Source: a virus. Taken from it: a DNA stretch of 64,000 nt. Positions 1 through 10,021 of this stretch are shown one piece after another. Both the position numbers and the translations under genes were made by a program. The notes under the pieces are model-generated. The model was not told the origin of the DNA. It saw only the letters and a list, made by a program, of their open reading frames with translations, and did no database searches. The stretch spans positions 3,409-67,408 of IMG/VR virus record IMGVR_UViG_3300036828_000198; one strand, 5' to 3'. The stretch's first letter is position 1; every line of letters starts with the position of its first letter.

Positions 1-186
1 AGCAGTGCGTACCGAAGGCTGCGACTGCACAGGTCCTTGGGACGGAACAGTAACAGAAGATCCTCCAGCTGACATGTGGGAAGAAGCGTCTTACGGGACT
101 AAGATATTTACAGTAGGCAGACTAATGGAACCCTACGAACAATTCAGAGATAAAGGCGATCCGACTCCTTCAGGTCCGCTACCGTA

Positions 187-600
187 ATGCCAGATGACAA
201 CTTGTATGATGGTCTAGTCAGACTAGGACAAGGTAGAAAGATATTCAGGAGGAAACGCAAGAGTAGGGGAGCAGACTTTTCCGGTCAAGAACCCCCTACT
301 ATGCAGGAGATCAACAGAGGCGTATGGTGCAAACGATGTAAGAAACGTCATCCGTACAATGGATCCAAGAGGATTAGATTGGGAACACAGTATGAAAAGA
401 GAGGAGCCCACTTCGTAATTTATTGGTTGTGCCCTGTAAGCGGTGACTATATAGGAGAGATATGTCTAGGACGTACGGGGACATCTACCCAACAAGACGA
501 GACTCTCACAACCACTACTATAGACTCTGGCACGGAATGCTCAAGAGATGCTACGACCCCGAGCATCATAACTACGCATACTACGGAGGAAGAGGAATAA
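187..600 (+). CDS. hypothetical protein, possible Zn-binding (CKRC...CPVS); 3' part overlaps HNH gene
   Basis: ORF coupled to upstream stop (TAATG); last ~45 codons overlap the HNH ORF and look like read-through. Confidence 0.55.
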   Translation: MPDDNLYDGLVRLGQGRKIFRRKRKSRGADFSGQEPPTMQEINRGVWCKRCKKRHPYNGSKRIRLGTQYEKRGAHFVIYWLCPVSGDYIGEICLGRTGTSTQQDETLTTTTIDSGTECSRDATTPSIITTHTTEEEE

Positions 601-980
601 CAGTATGCGATCGATGGTTCGAATTCGAATATTTTGTGGAAGACATACTGGAGTTTATTGGTCCTAAGCCCGAAGGACATACTCTAGACAGAATTGATAA
701 CTCAAAGGGATATTGTGCACGTAATGTACAATGGGCAACGATGATAGTGCAGAACAACAATAGACGTGAGATAAAGGCGCCAAGGCAAAGAGGTACAAAC
801 TATAGAGGTGTCACTCTGCATGCAGGCAAGTGGGTTGCAAAGGGTTCTCATAGAGGCCCTATCTATCTAGGCAGGCACGATACCCCTGAGGACGCAGCTA
901 GAGCATACGACACCTGGGCTCTACAAGAGTTCGGTCCGGAGTACAAAGGTTTCAACTTTCCAAGGAACGTAGGGAGGTGA
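462..980 (+). mobile_element. free-standing HNH homing endonuclease with C-terminal AP2-like domain
   Basis: WHGMLKRC, YGGRGITVCDRW, TLDRIDNSKGY...NVQWAT..QNNN; YRGV...YLGRH.TPEDAARAYD; RBS GGAGAG. Confidence 0.9.
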
Positions 981-985
981 TGTCA

Positions 986-3333
986 ATGAATTCGTCACGT
1001 ATACAACTATACACCTTCCAACGGGAGGCGGTCGACAAACTAGGAGTTCCCGAGCTTGCTAGTAGGTTGGTCGGTGACGATATGTTATCGGACTAGGAAA
1101 AACGTTCGAGGCTATTGTCATAGATATGCGCCTTAGGGTTAAGACCCTTAATGGCTCCGGACCTTTGAAAGTTAGGCGTACTCTGATACTTGCTCCTCTT
1201 TCGGTTCATGGACATTGGCAGAAGCACATTAAGGCATTGTGGCCTCAAGCACGTGTATACGTTATGGACAGAACTGGAATGCCTGTTGATGGTAGGCGAG
1301 CGTTCAGGAAGGCATTGACCCAGAACTACAACTACTACATTTGTCACTATGAAGCTGTTCGCAATAAGGATCTTATCCCAGCTATTCGCAAGGTAGATTG
1401 GTTCCACGTTATTGCTGACGAATGTCATAGGTTGAAGGGAAGAAAGACTCAACAGACTAGGGCTGTCAAAACCCTTAAACCTAAATTCAAGACAGGTATG
1501 TCTGGAACCCCTGCAGAAGATAAGCCACAAGACCTCTGGTCGATTTTGAATTGGCTGTGGCCTCAGACGTATAGGTCGTTCTGGAAGTTCGTTGGTGACT
1601 ACTGTAATCCACCGGAAACTCCTATATGGATGGCAGATGGAACTTTCAAGGCACTAGGAGACGTAAAGATTGGAGACAAGGTAATAGGTTGGGACTCTTC
1701 AAAGAAACTTTGTGTCTCTGACGTACTTGCGATCTACGGACGTAGAGCACCTCTTGTCAAGGCAACACTAGCATCGGGTTCGACTATCAGATGCACGCCT
1801 GATCATAAGTGGCTAGACCCAAGAGCAAGCGTACCTTCTAGAGTTAAACTAGGTTCTAACCCTTGGGTACAACTTGGACACAATCCTTTGGGACTATACG
1901 GTGGTTCTAAACATCTGTCCAAAGTGGTTGAAGTACCAGATGAGCTAACCTGGAACTTGAAAAAAGAAGCCATGTGGCTAGGTGGTCTTTACGATGGAGA
2001 AGGTAACATCAACGGAAAGGGTAATTTCAGTATATCTCAGTCTCCAACTCATAATCCGGAGGTATGTGACAGAATTAGAACAGTAACACGCCTTCTAGGA
2101 TTCGAAGTAAGCGAAGACCCTCACGGCGGATGTATTGTATTTAGGTTTACAGGAGGACAAGGGTCCCCTACCCTAGTCAATAGTCTGAAGGTTAAGTTTC
2201 TCAGCTACTGCGAACCATCACGAAAAGGTAAAATTGTAGATAGTCTGCTTAAAGCTCACTTTGGAAGGCTCGATCGTGTCGAGAAAATAGAGAAAGACGG
2301 AGACGACGAGCCTGTTATATCCATGAAAACCTCAACGGGAAACTATGTAGCTTGGGGATATGCGTCCAAGAACTGTGAACAAGAGACAGTCTGTCAAGAG
2401 TGCGGAGGGGTTTCAGCATTTGAAAACGGACCCATCATACACACTAGTCGTTGTACTAAGACTGGAACAACGTTCAAGAAGATCGTAGGCGTAAATAAAG
2501 CTTCTATACCTGCACTACGTAGGGAGATGTCTAGGTACACAGTCAGAAGGCTAAAGTCTGATCCAGGTATTCTAGATGAACTACCACCCAAGACGTACAC
2601 CGACATAGAAGTAACACTTGCTCCTAGGCAACGCAAAGCTTATGACCAGATGCGTAAGAATATGCTAGCCTGGATCGGAGAACATGAGGACCAACCACTT
2701 ACGGCGGCAGTGGTTGTGGCTCAGCTTTGTAGACTACAACAGTTCGCATTGGCATCTGCTCACATTGAAATGAGACCAGTTAGGAGACGTAAGACAGGAC
2801 AAGTAGAACTAGTACGATATGTCGTTCTAGAAGAGCCATCCTCCAAACTAGCAGCCCTAGAAGAGGTCATAGATGACCACCCAAACGAATCCTTCGTCGT
2901 CTTTTCCCAGTTCAAGTCGATGGCTAATCTCGTTGCCAGGAAACTGGAAAGTAAGAATATCTCAGTCGGGGTCTACACAGGTGACGTCAGGGAACAATCG
3001 GTTCGAGACAAGCTTGTTGATGAGTTCCAACACGGCGATATTCAGGTGTTCGTTGGGACCATTGCGGCTGGGGGCGAAAGTATCACGCTTCATAGATCCT
3101 CTACGTGCATCCTTCTTGATAGGCACTGGACGCCCACTAAGAACGAGCAAGCTGTCGATAGACTTCACCGTGATGGACAAAAGCACCCAGTCCAAGTTAT
3201 AGACATAATCGCCCGCAATACTGTTGACCTAGGACGTAGAACTAAGATTGCCGGAAAATGGAATACTCTCAAACTTCTACTGGACGACAAGGTAGACATG
3301 GACGCGTACGAGGAGCAGGCAAGTGGATATTAA
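986..3333 (+). CDS. SNF2-family helicase with intein; frame broken by a 5-nt insertion (1085-1089) in Walker A
   Basis: GGAGG RBS then MNSSRIQLYTFQREAV...LVGDDM (986-1084); GLGKTFEAI resumes at 1090 in the frame of ORF 1126-3333; ADECH, SGTP, VFSQF, QAVDRLHRDGQ motifs. Confidence 0.9.
1603..2373 (+). mobile_element. intein (257 aa) with LAGLIDADG domain in the helicase
   Basis: DY|CNPPETPIWMADG start, CTPDHKWL block B, WLGGLYDGEGNI, NYVAWGYASKN|C end. Confidence 0.9.
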
Positions 3334-3796
3334 GGATTCTACCGATCACAGGAAAGCTTATCTCAGTTGTTGTAGCCAGAGTCACTTTAGTATAGAATTC
3401 CGTAAGTCGGATTCGACGCTAGCATATGAAGAGTTGAGGAGTGAGCAAGCTAAAGCGACCGGACGTCCTTTCCGTCTTGGTGATCCTGATATTCTGGTTG
3501 CTATTTGCCTACGTTGCGGTAACGAAATTACGATTACGGATACAGAGGGTAAAGTACCGAACGTAAGAACGGCCGCCTCAGATGTGTACTGGGGAGCTGA
3601 CGGACGTATCAAAGTTAAGACCCGCGTGGCTCACGACGCATCTGGAAACTATCCAGACAAGGAATACTACGATCCAAGAGGCTATCGCGACCAGAGGATC
3701 CATAGGCCAGAAGATCTGTACGGTGACTCTAACTGGAAAGCACACATAGATGGGCTTCGTAGGGCAGCGAGAGGAGATCCCCTTGAGTGGGAATGA
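3323..3796 (+). CDS. hypothetical protein
   Basis: ORF overlapping helicase stop; CC/CxxC motifs. Confidence 0.6.
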   Translation: MDIKDSTDHRKAYLSCCSQSHFSIEFRKSDSTLAYEELRSEQAKATGRPFRLGDPDILVAICLRCGNEITITDTEGKVPNVRTAASDVYWGADGRIKVKTRVAHDASGNYPDKEYYDPRGYRDQRIHRPEDLYGDSNWKAHIDGLRRAARGDPLEWE

Positions 3797-3814
3797 AGAC
3801 TGGACAGAACAGTT

Positions 3815-4288
3815 ATGAGACAAATTCCAGTAGGTAGTATGGTTGCTTTCGTAGATGATGAAGACTACGAAAGAGTATCGGGCTATACTTGGTACCCTAT
3901 TGGTGATGGAAACGGCTATACGTTCTACGCAAGAGCATATGCGCCAACTGAACCTAGTGAACGCATCAACATGCATACGCTTATCACTGGTTGGGACCGC
4001 GTTGACCACTCGGATGGAAACGGTCTCAATAACCAGAAAGGCAATCTGAGAGAGACTACTCGTAGTCAGAATGCTATGAATCAGCGTAAGAAGACAGGGA
4101 CGTCTTCTTGCTTCAAAGGCGTAGGCAAACATAAGCAGTCAAACAAGTGGGCAGCGAGAATTAACAAAGACGGGCAAAGAACTAACCTAGGACTCTTTAC
4201 AGACGAAGAGGAAGCAGCACGAGCCTACGATATAGCAGCTAAAGAACTATTCGGAGAATTTGCCTATCTCAACTTTCCGGAGGAGTAA
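3815..4288 (+). mobile_element. HNH homing endonuclease with AP2 domain
   Basis: MHTLI...VDHSDGNGLNNQKGNLR.TTRSQN; FKGV...WAARI...LGLF..EEEAARAYD. Confidence 0.9.
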
Positions 4289-4501
4289 ATGGCAAACGAA
4301 GACGAGTGGACCTGTTGGGGAGACGCAGCCGAACCTGTTCTTGAAGGAACAGAAGAGGAGTGCAAGAAGTACGTTGTACATCCTCCTGAGGAATCAAAGG
4401 ACAGAATAGATCTGTACGTAACTGACCCAGAAGGCAACGACTGGGTGTACAACGACAACGATAACTGGGTACTGGAGTACAGCATCCTAGGCGACAAGTA
4501 A
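4289..4501 (+). CDS. small acidic hypothetical protein
   Basis: GGAG RBS, abuts HNH stop. Confidence 0.65.
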   Translation: MANEDEWTCWGDAAEPVLEGTEEECKKYVVHPPEESKDRIDLYVTDPEGNDWVYNDNDNWVLEYSILGDK

Positions 4502-4518
4502 ACATCCACAAAGGAAAC

Positions 4519-4938
4519 TTGCGTATCATACCCTCGACCGGTTTGGAGCTAAACATGGGTGACGCAAGTATACCTGCACGTGTACACGATCTGCTTGACC
4601 CCGAAGTAGAAGACCTCATTAGGAGTACTATAGACAAGTTCAAGATGGGCCTAGAGATCTGGTGGGCAGCGGTGCCTGATATAGCACAAATGCCTATCCT
4701 AACTCCTGAAGGCCAACCAACAGGTGCAGTTCACCATCAGCCGGTCATGAAGATCATTATCGGAGCACGAGGACTCGCCCTGGGCCTTCAGAACTTCCTC
4801 TGGTCTTTCGTTCTGACAGACCCTATACCGCAGCAACCTAGCCTAGAAAGAGTCATCATAAAGGCTATAGAAGAACTAAACCAGCAAAGAGCATCACAAC
4901 TCAACGGACCATCAACATCTTACCCAAAGGGAAGCTAA
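4519..4938 (+). CDS. hypothetical protein
   Basis: ORF in tightly packed operon; AAGGA before TTG. Confidence 0.65.
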   Translation: MRIIPSTGLELNMGDASIPARVHDLLDPEVEDLIRSTIDKFKMGLEIWWAAVPDIAQMPILTPEGQPTGAVHHQPVMKIIIGARGLALGLQNFLWSFVLTDPIPQQPSLERVIIKAIEELNQQRASQLNGPSTSYPKGS

Positions 4939-5210
4939 TGTCACTCGAAACACGCAAGTGGAAGATAACCGTAGAATACCTCGACGGGCACATAGAAGAG
5001 CAACTAGGCGAAATCTACCTCAAGGACGCAGTAATCGAAGTTCGAACCAGAGGCGCACAGGTAGGATACGGTGACACTGCCGATCTGGTCGCATGGTTCC
5101 CTCTGTGTAATATCCGCAAGAGTACTCTCGAAGAGTACTTCGAGCCAGAACCAGCACTGCATCATGATACAGAAGTGCTAGTAGCAAGACATGGAGGAAA
5201 CTTTGGCTAG
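4938..5210 (+). CDS. hypothetical protein
   Basis: TAATG coupling. Confidence 0.65.
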   Translation: MSLETRKWKITVEYLDGHIEEQLGEIYLKDAVIEVRTRGAQVGYGDTADLVAWFPLCNIRKSTLEEYFEPEPALHHDTEVLVARHGGNFG

Positions 5211-5775
5211 AGTCGTCATACTGTCCTTCGAGAACAATGCAGCTGCCAACAAGTTCGTTAAGGACTTGAACGCGTCACAGAACTCAGACGAAGTAGCATC
5301 TAGTAAGGTTGCAGAGATGGGCCTTATAGCTATGTCGTACAGCAAGCTAGAAGCACTCCTAGCTAGGCCTACGTTGGCTTGTGAATGCACCAAGGGTCTT
5401 GGAATCAGGAGCCAACAGTACAAGGCGGTAGCAGGATTCGGCAAGACTACCAAGTTTGGCTGGTGGGTTCATTCTGCTTGTAAAAGGCCAACTAAGCTGG
5501 TCGTAGATAGGTTCATTCACAACCTGATCATCTCAGGCGGTAATAATCTTCTACAACAGGTCTTGACACCCAAAGGGCCTGTGGAGGCTCATGTTATGGG
5601 GGGCCCGAATCAGAAGATGTTCCAGCCAGGATACAAGCCCAACGATCCTGTAGACCATTCCCAGCATATGCTAGGTGGTGAAGATGGAGCAACCGAAGCT
5701 TCTGACACTGAGAGAACAGATACAGTTCCACCTGGAGTACATCAGGAAGAGGTACGGGATGAAGGTAATACCTGA
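5191..5775 (+). CDS. hypothetical protein (CxC...HxxC)
   Basis: ORF in operon. Confidence 0.65.
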   Translation: MEETLARVVILSFENNAAANKFVKDLNASQNSDEVASSKVAEMGLIAMSYSKLEALLARPTLACECTKGLGIRSQQYKAVAGFGKTTKFGWWVHSACKRPTKLVVDRFIHNLIISGGNNLLQQVLTPKGPVEAHVMGGPNQKMFQPGYKPNDPVDHSQHMLGGEDGATEASDTERTDTVPPGVHQEEVRDEGNT

Positions 5776-6376
5776 ACCAGGAGACTTCGCTGCAGTTAGA
5801 ACAGGCGGAGACATAGGTCTAGCAATCAGAATAGGACAGTGGCTGAATGGAGGCGGATTCAGAGATTACGAACATGCACTAGTGTGTGTAGGTCCTCCTC
5901 TGACAGTGGGATCTATTATTCCAGATCCTATGCAAGGAGCAATGTCTGGCATTCAGGGTCGCACAGTCAAAGAGGGAGAAGTCTGGATTCCGGTACTAGA
6001 GGCTCAGCCTGGTGGATCGCGTGTTAGGTACAGGCGAGTAGAAGATACGGATCTCTGGTCAACAGGGATCATTGATATTACGCCGGAACAGAGATCTAAG
6101 GTGCCATCATTGGTATCTGGGTTCACAGGAATAACCTATTCATCTCTAGTCTACTTTGCTCTAGCGTTGCACAGACTCCATGTCAACACTAGTGCACTGC
6201 AGAACTATATCAACGAACACAGACAGGACATCTGTTCTCAGCTAGTAGACCAGTTCGAACTAGCTCTAGGAGTTCACCTGTTCGTCGACCCGCCTAGGTG
6301 GCCTGGAGATGTCGACCCGGAAGACCTAGCTAACCTACTGATAAGCGAACGATACAAAAAGGGTATCAAATCGTGA
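5759..6376 (+). CDS. permuted papain-like NlpC/P60 (YiiX-like) enzyme
   Basis: PGDF, YEHALVCVG, EAQPGG, Y, ICSQLVD, PEDL in His-before-Cys order; start at ATG 5759 after GAGG. Confidence 0.75.
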   Translation: MKVIPEPGDFAAVRTGGDIGLAIRIGQWLNGGGFRDYEHALVCVGPPLTVGSIIPDPMQGAMSGIQGRTVKEGEVWIPVLEAQPGGSRVRYRRVEDTDLWSTGIIDITPEQRSKVPSLVSGFTGITYSSLVYFALALHRLHVNTSALQNYINEHRQDICSQLVDQFELALGVHLFVDPPRWPGDVDPEDLANLLISERYKKGIKS

Positions 6377-6579
6377 ACGAGATCATAGCCAAGCTACTAC
6401 CAGGACAACTATTCTTTATCATAGCACTCATCATTATAGTCGGGGGAATAACAGTAACTTCAATAGCACGATGGACATCTAGAGCAATCATAGGAAGGTA
6501 CGAAGACGACAAGGAAGAGGAGGTGAGGCCTATTGCCGACTCTAACGGGGACGACTCCTCAGGCAATCCTGAGGAGTAG
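6373..6579 (+). CDS. small single-pass membrane protein
   Basis: hydrophobic LFFIIALIIIVGGITV. Confidence 0.6.
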   Translation: MNEIIAKLLPGQLFFIIALIIIVGGITVTSIARWTSRAIIGRYEDDKEEEVRPIADSNGDDSSGNPEE

Positions 6580-6597
6580 TCAATCATTGGAGAAGCA

Positions 6598-7407
6598 ATG
6601 CACAAGGCACAACATGCGGCGAAAAGGTTCGTTAGTGAAATACGTGAACTAGCCTACAAAGGCCAGAACGTAAAAAGGACCCCAAAGAACTACATGTGGC
6701 TACTACCCATAGTTGCAGTTCTAGCACTAGTGCCAGTGTCAATCATGCTCGTTCCGAAAGCGTTTACAGGAGGAGGATCTTCACTACGCGACTTCTCAAA
6801 CTTCTCAGCACCTGAGAGCAAATCTACATCAGCCGTCGCAAGTTCAACCTTGTGGCGGCATAATCATCCTATTGCAGCTCCAGCAGCTGGAGAGGCAATA
6901 AGTTCGTTCCCGTACTTCTACACGGTAAGAAAGGGAGATACTCTCAGCACGATCGCCCAGCGCATCTACGGTCGATCTGATGCTTGGACTCTTCTGTACT
7001 ACAAGAACCATATCAAGGACCCATCAACCATAAGTACAGGTACGCGACTTAAGGTCGTAGCACTACATGGCAATCCACCCGAGCCCCCACCTGTACCTAA
7101 AGCATCCACAGCCCCCACGCCTAGCCAAAGTTCCTACCAAGCTTCACCCTCTTCGTCTTACACCTCAGTATCAGGGGTCGGAGGAGCTTTCGGCGCGTGC
7201 GTTCGAGCGGCAGAAAATGGAGGCAGTTACTCGTGGGCAACAGGTAACGGAGGAGGAGCATACCAGTTCCTTGCTTCTACTTGGGTAGCATACGGTGGAG
7301 ACCCAAGTCTCTACGGCAATGCTGGACCTGCCTATCAAGACCAAATATTCATGAACGCTATCAACGCAGGAGGACAGAACAACTGGGCACCATATGATGG
7401 ATGCTAA
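6598..7407 (+). CDS. membrane-anchored LysM + Rpf-like transglycosylase
   Basis: TM segment; YTVRKGDTLSTIA LysM; CVRAAENGG...GAYQFLASTW...YQD...W..C. Confidence 0.85.
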   Translation: MHKAQHAAKRFVSEIRELAYKGQNVKRTPKNYMWLLPIVAVLALVPVSIMLVPKAFTGGGSSLRDFSNFSAPESKSTSAVASSTLWRHNHPIAAPAAGEAISSFPYFYTVRKGDTLSTIAQRIYGRSDAWTLLYYKNHIKDPSTISTGTRLKVVALHGNPPEPPPVPKASTAPTPSQSSYQASPSSSYTSVSGVGGAFGACVRAAENGGSYSWATGNGGGAYQFLASTWVAYGGDPSLYGNAGPAYQDQIFMNAINAGGQNNWAPYDGC

Positions 7408-7546
7408 GTAAACCGGAGGGTCCCATACGGCGAGGGATAACCAAGATCTCAGGCTACGGCAGAAGCCGGTCAGGCAAGCCGTTTCAGACTGCCATCCTTA
7501 AAGGTGGCCTGAGCCGCCCTCTACTCAAAGTCAAGAAGGGTACAAC

Positions 7547-7828
7547 GTGGACACATTCCCAACCGTGGAAGAAGCTAATGTAGCTGCGCAACATCTGCAT
7601 GATGCGCTAGACGAGAAGTACAGCGCTCAGGTAGGTATGGCTAGGGAAGCTGTACTACACGATATGTCACCAGGTGAGATTGCAGAGATGGTAGCAATCC
7701 ACTTCGATGAAAGTCCAGAAGATGTTCTCGATACAGCAGAAGCACTCGTAGGACAGTTCGGGTCTATGGGATATAGACTTAATCGAGATCAAGCTCATGA
7801 ATGGGCCGATAAGGCCTTCGGCGTCTAA
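7547..7828 (+). CDS. hypothetical acidic protein
   Basis: ORF with GTG start. Confidence 0.6.
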   Translation: MDTFPTVEEANVAAQHLHDALDEKYSAQVGMAREAVLHDMSPGEIAEMVAIHFDESPEDVLDTAEALVGQFGSMGYRLNRDQAHEWADKAFGV

Positions 7829-7846
7829 CAATCAGGAAGAAGAACC

Positions 7847-8293
7847 GTGCGTAAGCCAGTAGTACTACTACCCGTCGCAATCCTAGCAGCTGCAGTAGGA
7901 TGCGGAGCATCATCTAGTTCAACTCCCTCTGCAGTGGCTTCTAGTGCCAGAGCTCATGCTCAAGCACTAGCTACTAGCCCTACAGTACTCAAGGCAGAGA
8001 AGACGGTAGCGGTCAAGTTCGGACGATGTGCAGCCGGCAAGGGAGTAACTCTCACCATCGTCAACGCAGGAACGCCTCAGATGAAGGTCATGGTCACTCA
8101 CGTATCTGGTTCCTTCATGCTTCATCCTGTTCACAGTACAGAGGACATTGGGACCTGTATGGGACTCACTTCTGCAAAGGTCGCTCAACTCAAAACCTTC
8201 ACCGAACAGACCATTATGGCTAATGGTCTAGGATCAGGTAGCGGTACTAAGGACTTCACCGCTATCGTCAACAAGGTAGCTCAGCTGTCATGA
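7847..8293 (+). CDS. putative lipoprotein
   Basis: signal peptide with lipobox AAVG|C followed by Ser-rich linker. Confidence 0.7.
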   Translation: MRKPVVLLPVAILAAAVGCGASSSSTPSAVASSARAHAQALATSPTVLKAEKTVAVKFGRCAAGKGVTLTIVNAGTPQMKVMVTHVSGSFMLHPVHSTEDIGTCMGLTSAKVAQLKTFTEQTIMANGLGSGSGTKDFTAIVNKVAQLS

Positions 8294-9180
8294 CAACGGC
8301 TAGCAATGATTACGGAGTGACAACGGGAATTCATGTAGTTAAAGCCCGTAAGATCAAGCAGGTCTGCTGGTCATTGGGTCTAGGTGTCCTTGTCTTCGGC
8401 TTGCTATCTTCAGGGCTGTACTTCGGTATCAGCCAGGTGCACTGGTACGTTCATGTCGGGTCGTTCTACTGGCCTGGATTCTGGCTCAAGCAGGGCTGGG
8501 ATAGTGGCATGGGCATAGTAGGTCAGCATACCTGGCTAATCAACCAGGGGAACTGGGCTGCTTATCGACACCCCTACAGGGATATCGGTCTACCAGCTCT
8601 GGCAACCATGGGCGCACTGTCTATTGCTGGAGGAGCACGTAAGCCTGCCAGTAGGTGGTACACAGCTATAGCTCCGATACTGGTGCTAGTATCTGCAGTA
8701 ATCCTTATCACTGCAGCTACGTGGCTGAAGCTCAGGTTCAACAGTAGTCCAGGCGTATCATCAATCACTGCCCAACAGATGAACTGGCTACATCTAGCAG
8801 AATCTCTGTTCCTGGGCATCCTCATAGGCCAAATACTCCATAGGATCTGGAGACCAGCTGGAACAAGAATTCAATCGTTCATAGTCGAACGACTCGTAGA
8901 TTCACACTTCCGAAGGGGAGGTATTGGTGATCCATACTGGATGCGCTATGAACTCATGCCTCCTACTGCCATAGAAGCAGCAACGAAACTCATCCAAGAA
9001 GATGAACTATCGGGAGAAGCAGATGCTCTTCGGAAAGAAGGACATACTTCTAAGTCCCGAACGATCTACTGGGTCGCCGCTCTTGTGTGTCTGGTTATCC
9101 TGAGCATCGACTTCGTAGGGTTCATCGGTCACTTCTGGGTTGGTGTGTTGGGACACAACTTCCCCTACCTAGCCCCCTAA
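8290..9180 (+). CDS. polytopic membrane protein
   Basis: about five hydrophobic helices. Confidence 0.75.
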   Translation: MTTASNDYGVTTGIHVVKARKIKQVCWSLGLGVLVFGLLSSGLYFGISQVHWYVHVGSFYWPGFWLKQGWDSGMGIVGQHTWLINQGNWAAYRHPYRDIGLPALATMGALSIAGGARKPASRWYTAIAPILVLVSAVILITAATWLKLRFNSSPGVSSITAQQMNWLHLAESLFLGILIGQILHRIWRPAGTRIQSFIVERLVDSHFRRGGIGDPYWMRYELMPPTAIEAATKLIQEDELSGEADALRKEGHTSKSRTIYWVAALVCLVILSIDFVGFIGHFWVGVLGHNFPYLAP

Positions 9181-9194
9181 TAGAAAGGTACAAC

Positions 9195-9989
9195 GTGAAG
9201 CGCATACTCTGGCTTCTACTGATCGTTCCGCTCGCGATTCTGGGATTCACAGCATCTCCTGCTGTAGGTTCTACAAGTGCTCATCATAGTACTTCGGTCT
9301 CACAGCACGTTCAGCATTCTCGTGTGGACTGCACCATCAGCATCGATGTTGACCACTCGCCGGGCTTCGTTGACGCCCACGGTCGGTCCTGCTCGGAGAC
9401 CTACAACTCGTGGGCGTTCTTCAGCACGCCGACCAATGCTCTGAAGCACGGGCGCGGCACCACAAGCAGCAACGGGTCCGCCATCATCGCTCAGGGCAAC
9501 ACGCTCTACGGCGGTTACGATAGATGGCAACATAATGGTACGGAGCATACCTACTGTACCTGGGGTTGCGTGCTGTTCCACAAGGCGGGCATCCGGAAGG
9601 CAGCCCTGACGACATGCATGTACCACCACGCCACCGATTGCATCAGAACGGGCATCCTACTGGCTGCTTTCCAGCAGAATTGTAGGCCCGGATGGGACGA
9701 CAACGTCAACACCAACAACCTGACTGGCGCGTATGCCCAGGCTGACTGGGAGACATCCGGTTGTCCCACCTCGATGCAGGTGCGAATCCTGTGCGAGAAC
9801 GTCGTCACTCTACAACGGTATACGCGGACCAGTGGTGAGGTCACTAGAGAGGAACTTGAAACGAGGGCAACGTGCGGTATCCCTGACGCCATCCTCCTCG
9901 CTACTATCTCGTTCAACGACGGCCCATACACCGAGTTCTGGCCATCACGAAAGGCTCTTACGAGCCAGACGTATCGTCTAGATGCATAA
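9195..9989 (+). CDS. secreted Cys-rich protein, higher GC than neighbours
   Basis: GAAAGG RBS, GTG start, MKRILWLLLIVPLAILGF signal peptide. Confidence 0.7.
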   Translation: MKRILWLLLIVPLAILGFTASPAVGSTSAHHSTSVSQHVQHSRVDCTISIDVDHSPGFVDAHGRSCSETYNSWAFFSTPTNALKHGRGTTSSNGSAIIAQGNTLYGGYDRWQHNGTEHTYCTWGCVLFHKAGIRKAALTTCMYHHATDCIRTGILLAAFQQNCRPGWDDNVNTNNLTGAYAQADWETSGCPTSMQVRILCENVVTLQRYTRTSGEVTREELETRATCGIPDAILLATISFNDGPYTEFWPSRKALTSQTYRLDA

Positions 9990-10021
9990 GGGAGGCAAAC
10001 ATGATCAGCTCTAGTTGGGGC

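Noticed and set aside
3815-4501. Micro-insertion downstream of the second HNH-AP2 (and of HNH 48485-48985)
   Set aside because: Neighbouring genes show no visible frame break and have no motif I can use to test for one.
6554-6577. c-di-AMP riboswitch upstream of the Rpf-like gene
   Set aside because: Only one perfect 10-bp hairpin inside the upstream CDS; no ydaO consensus.
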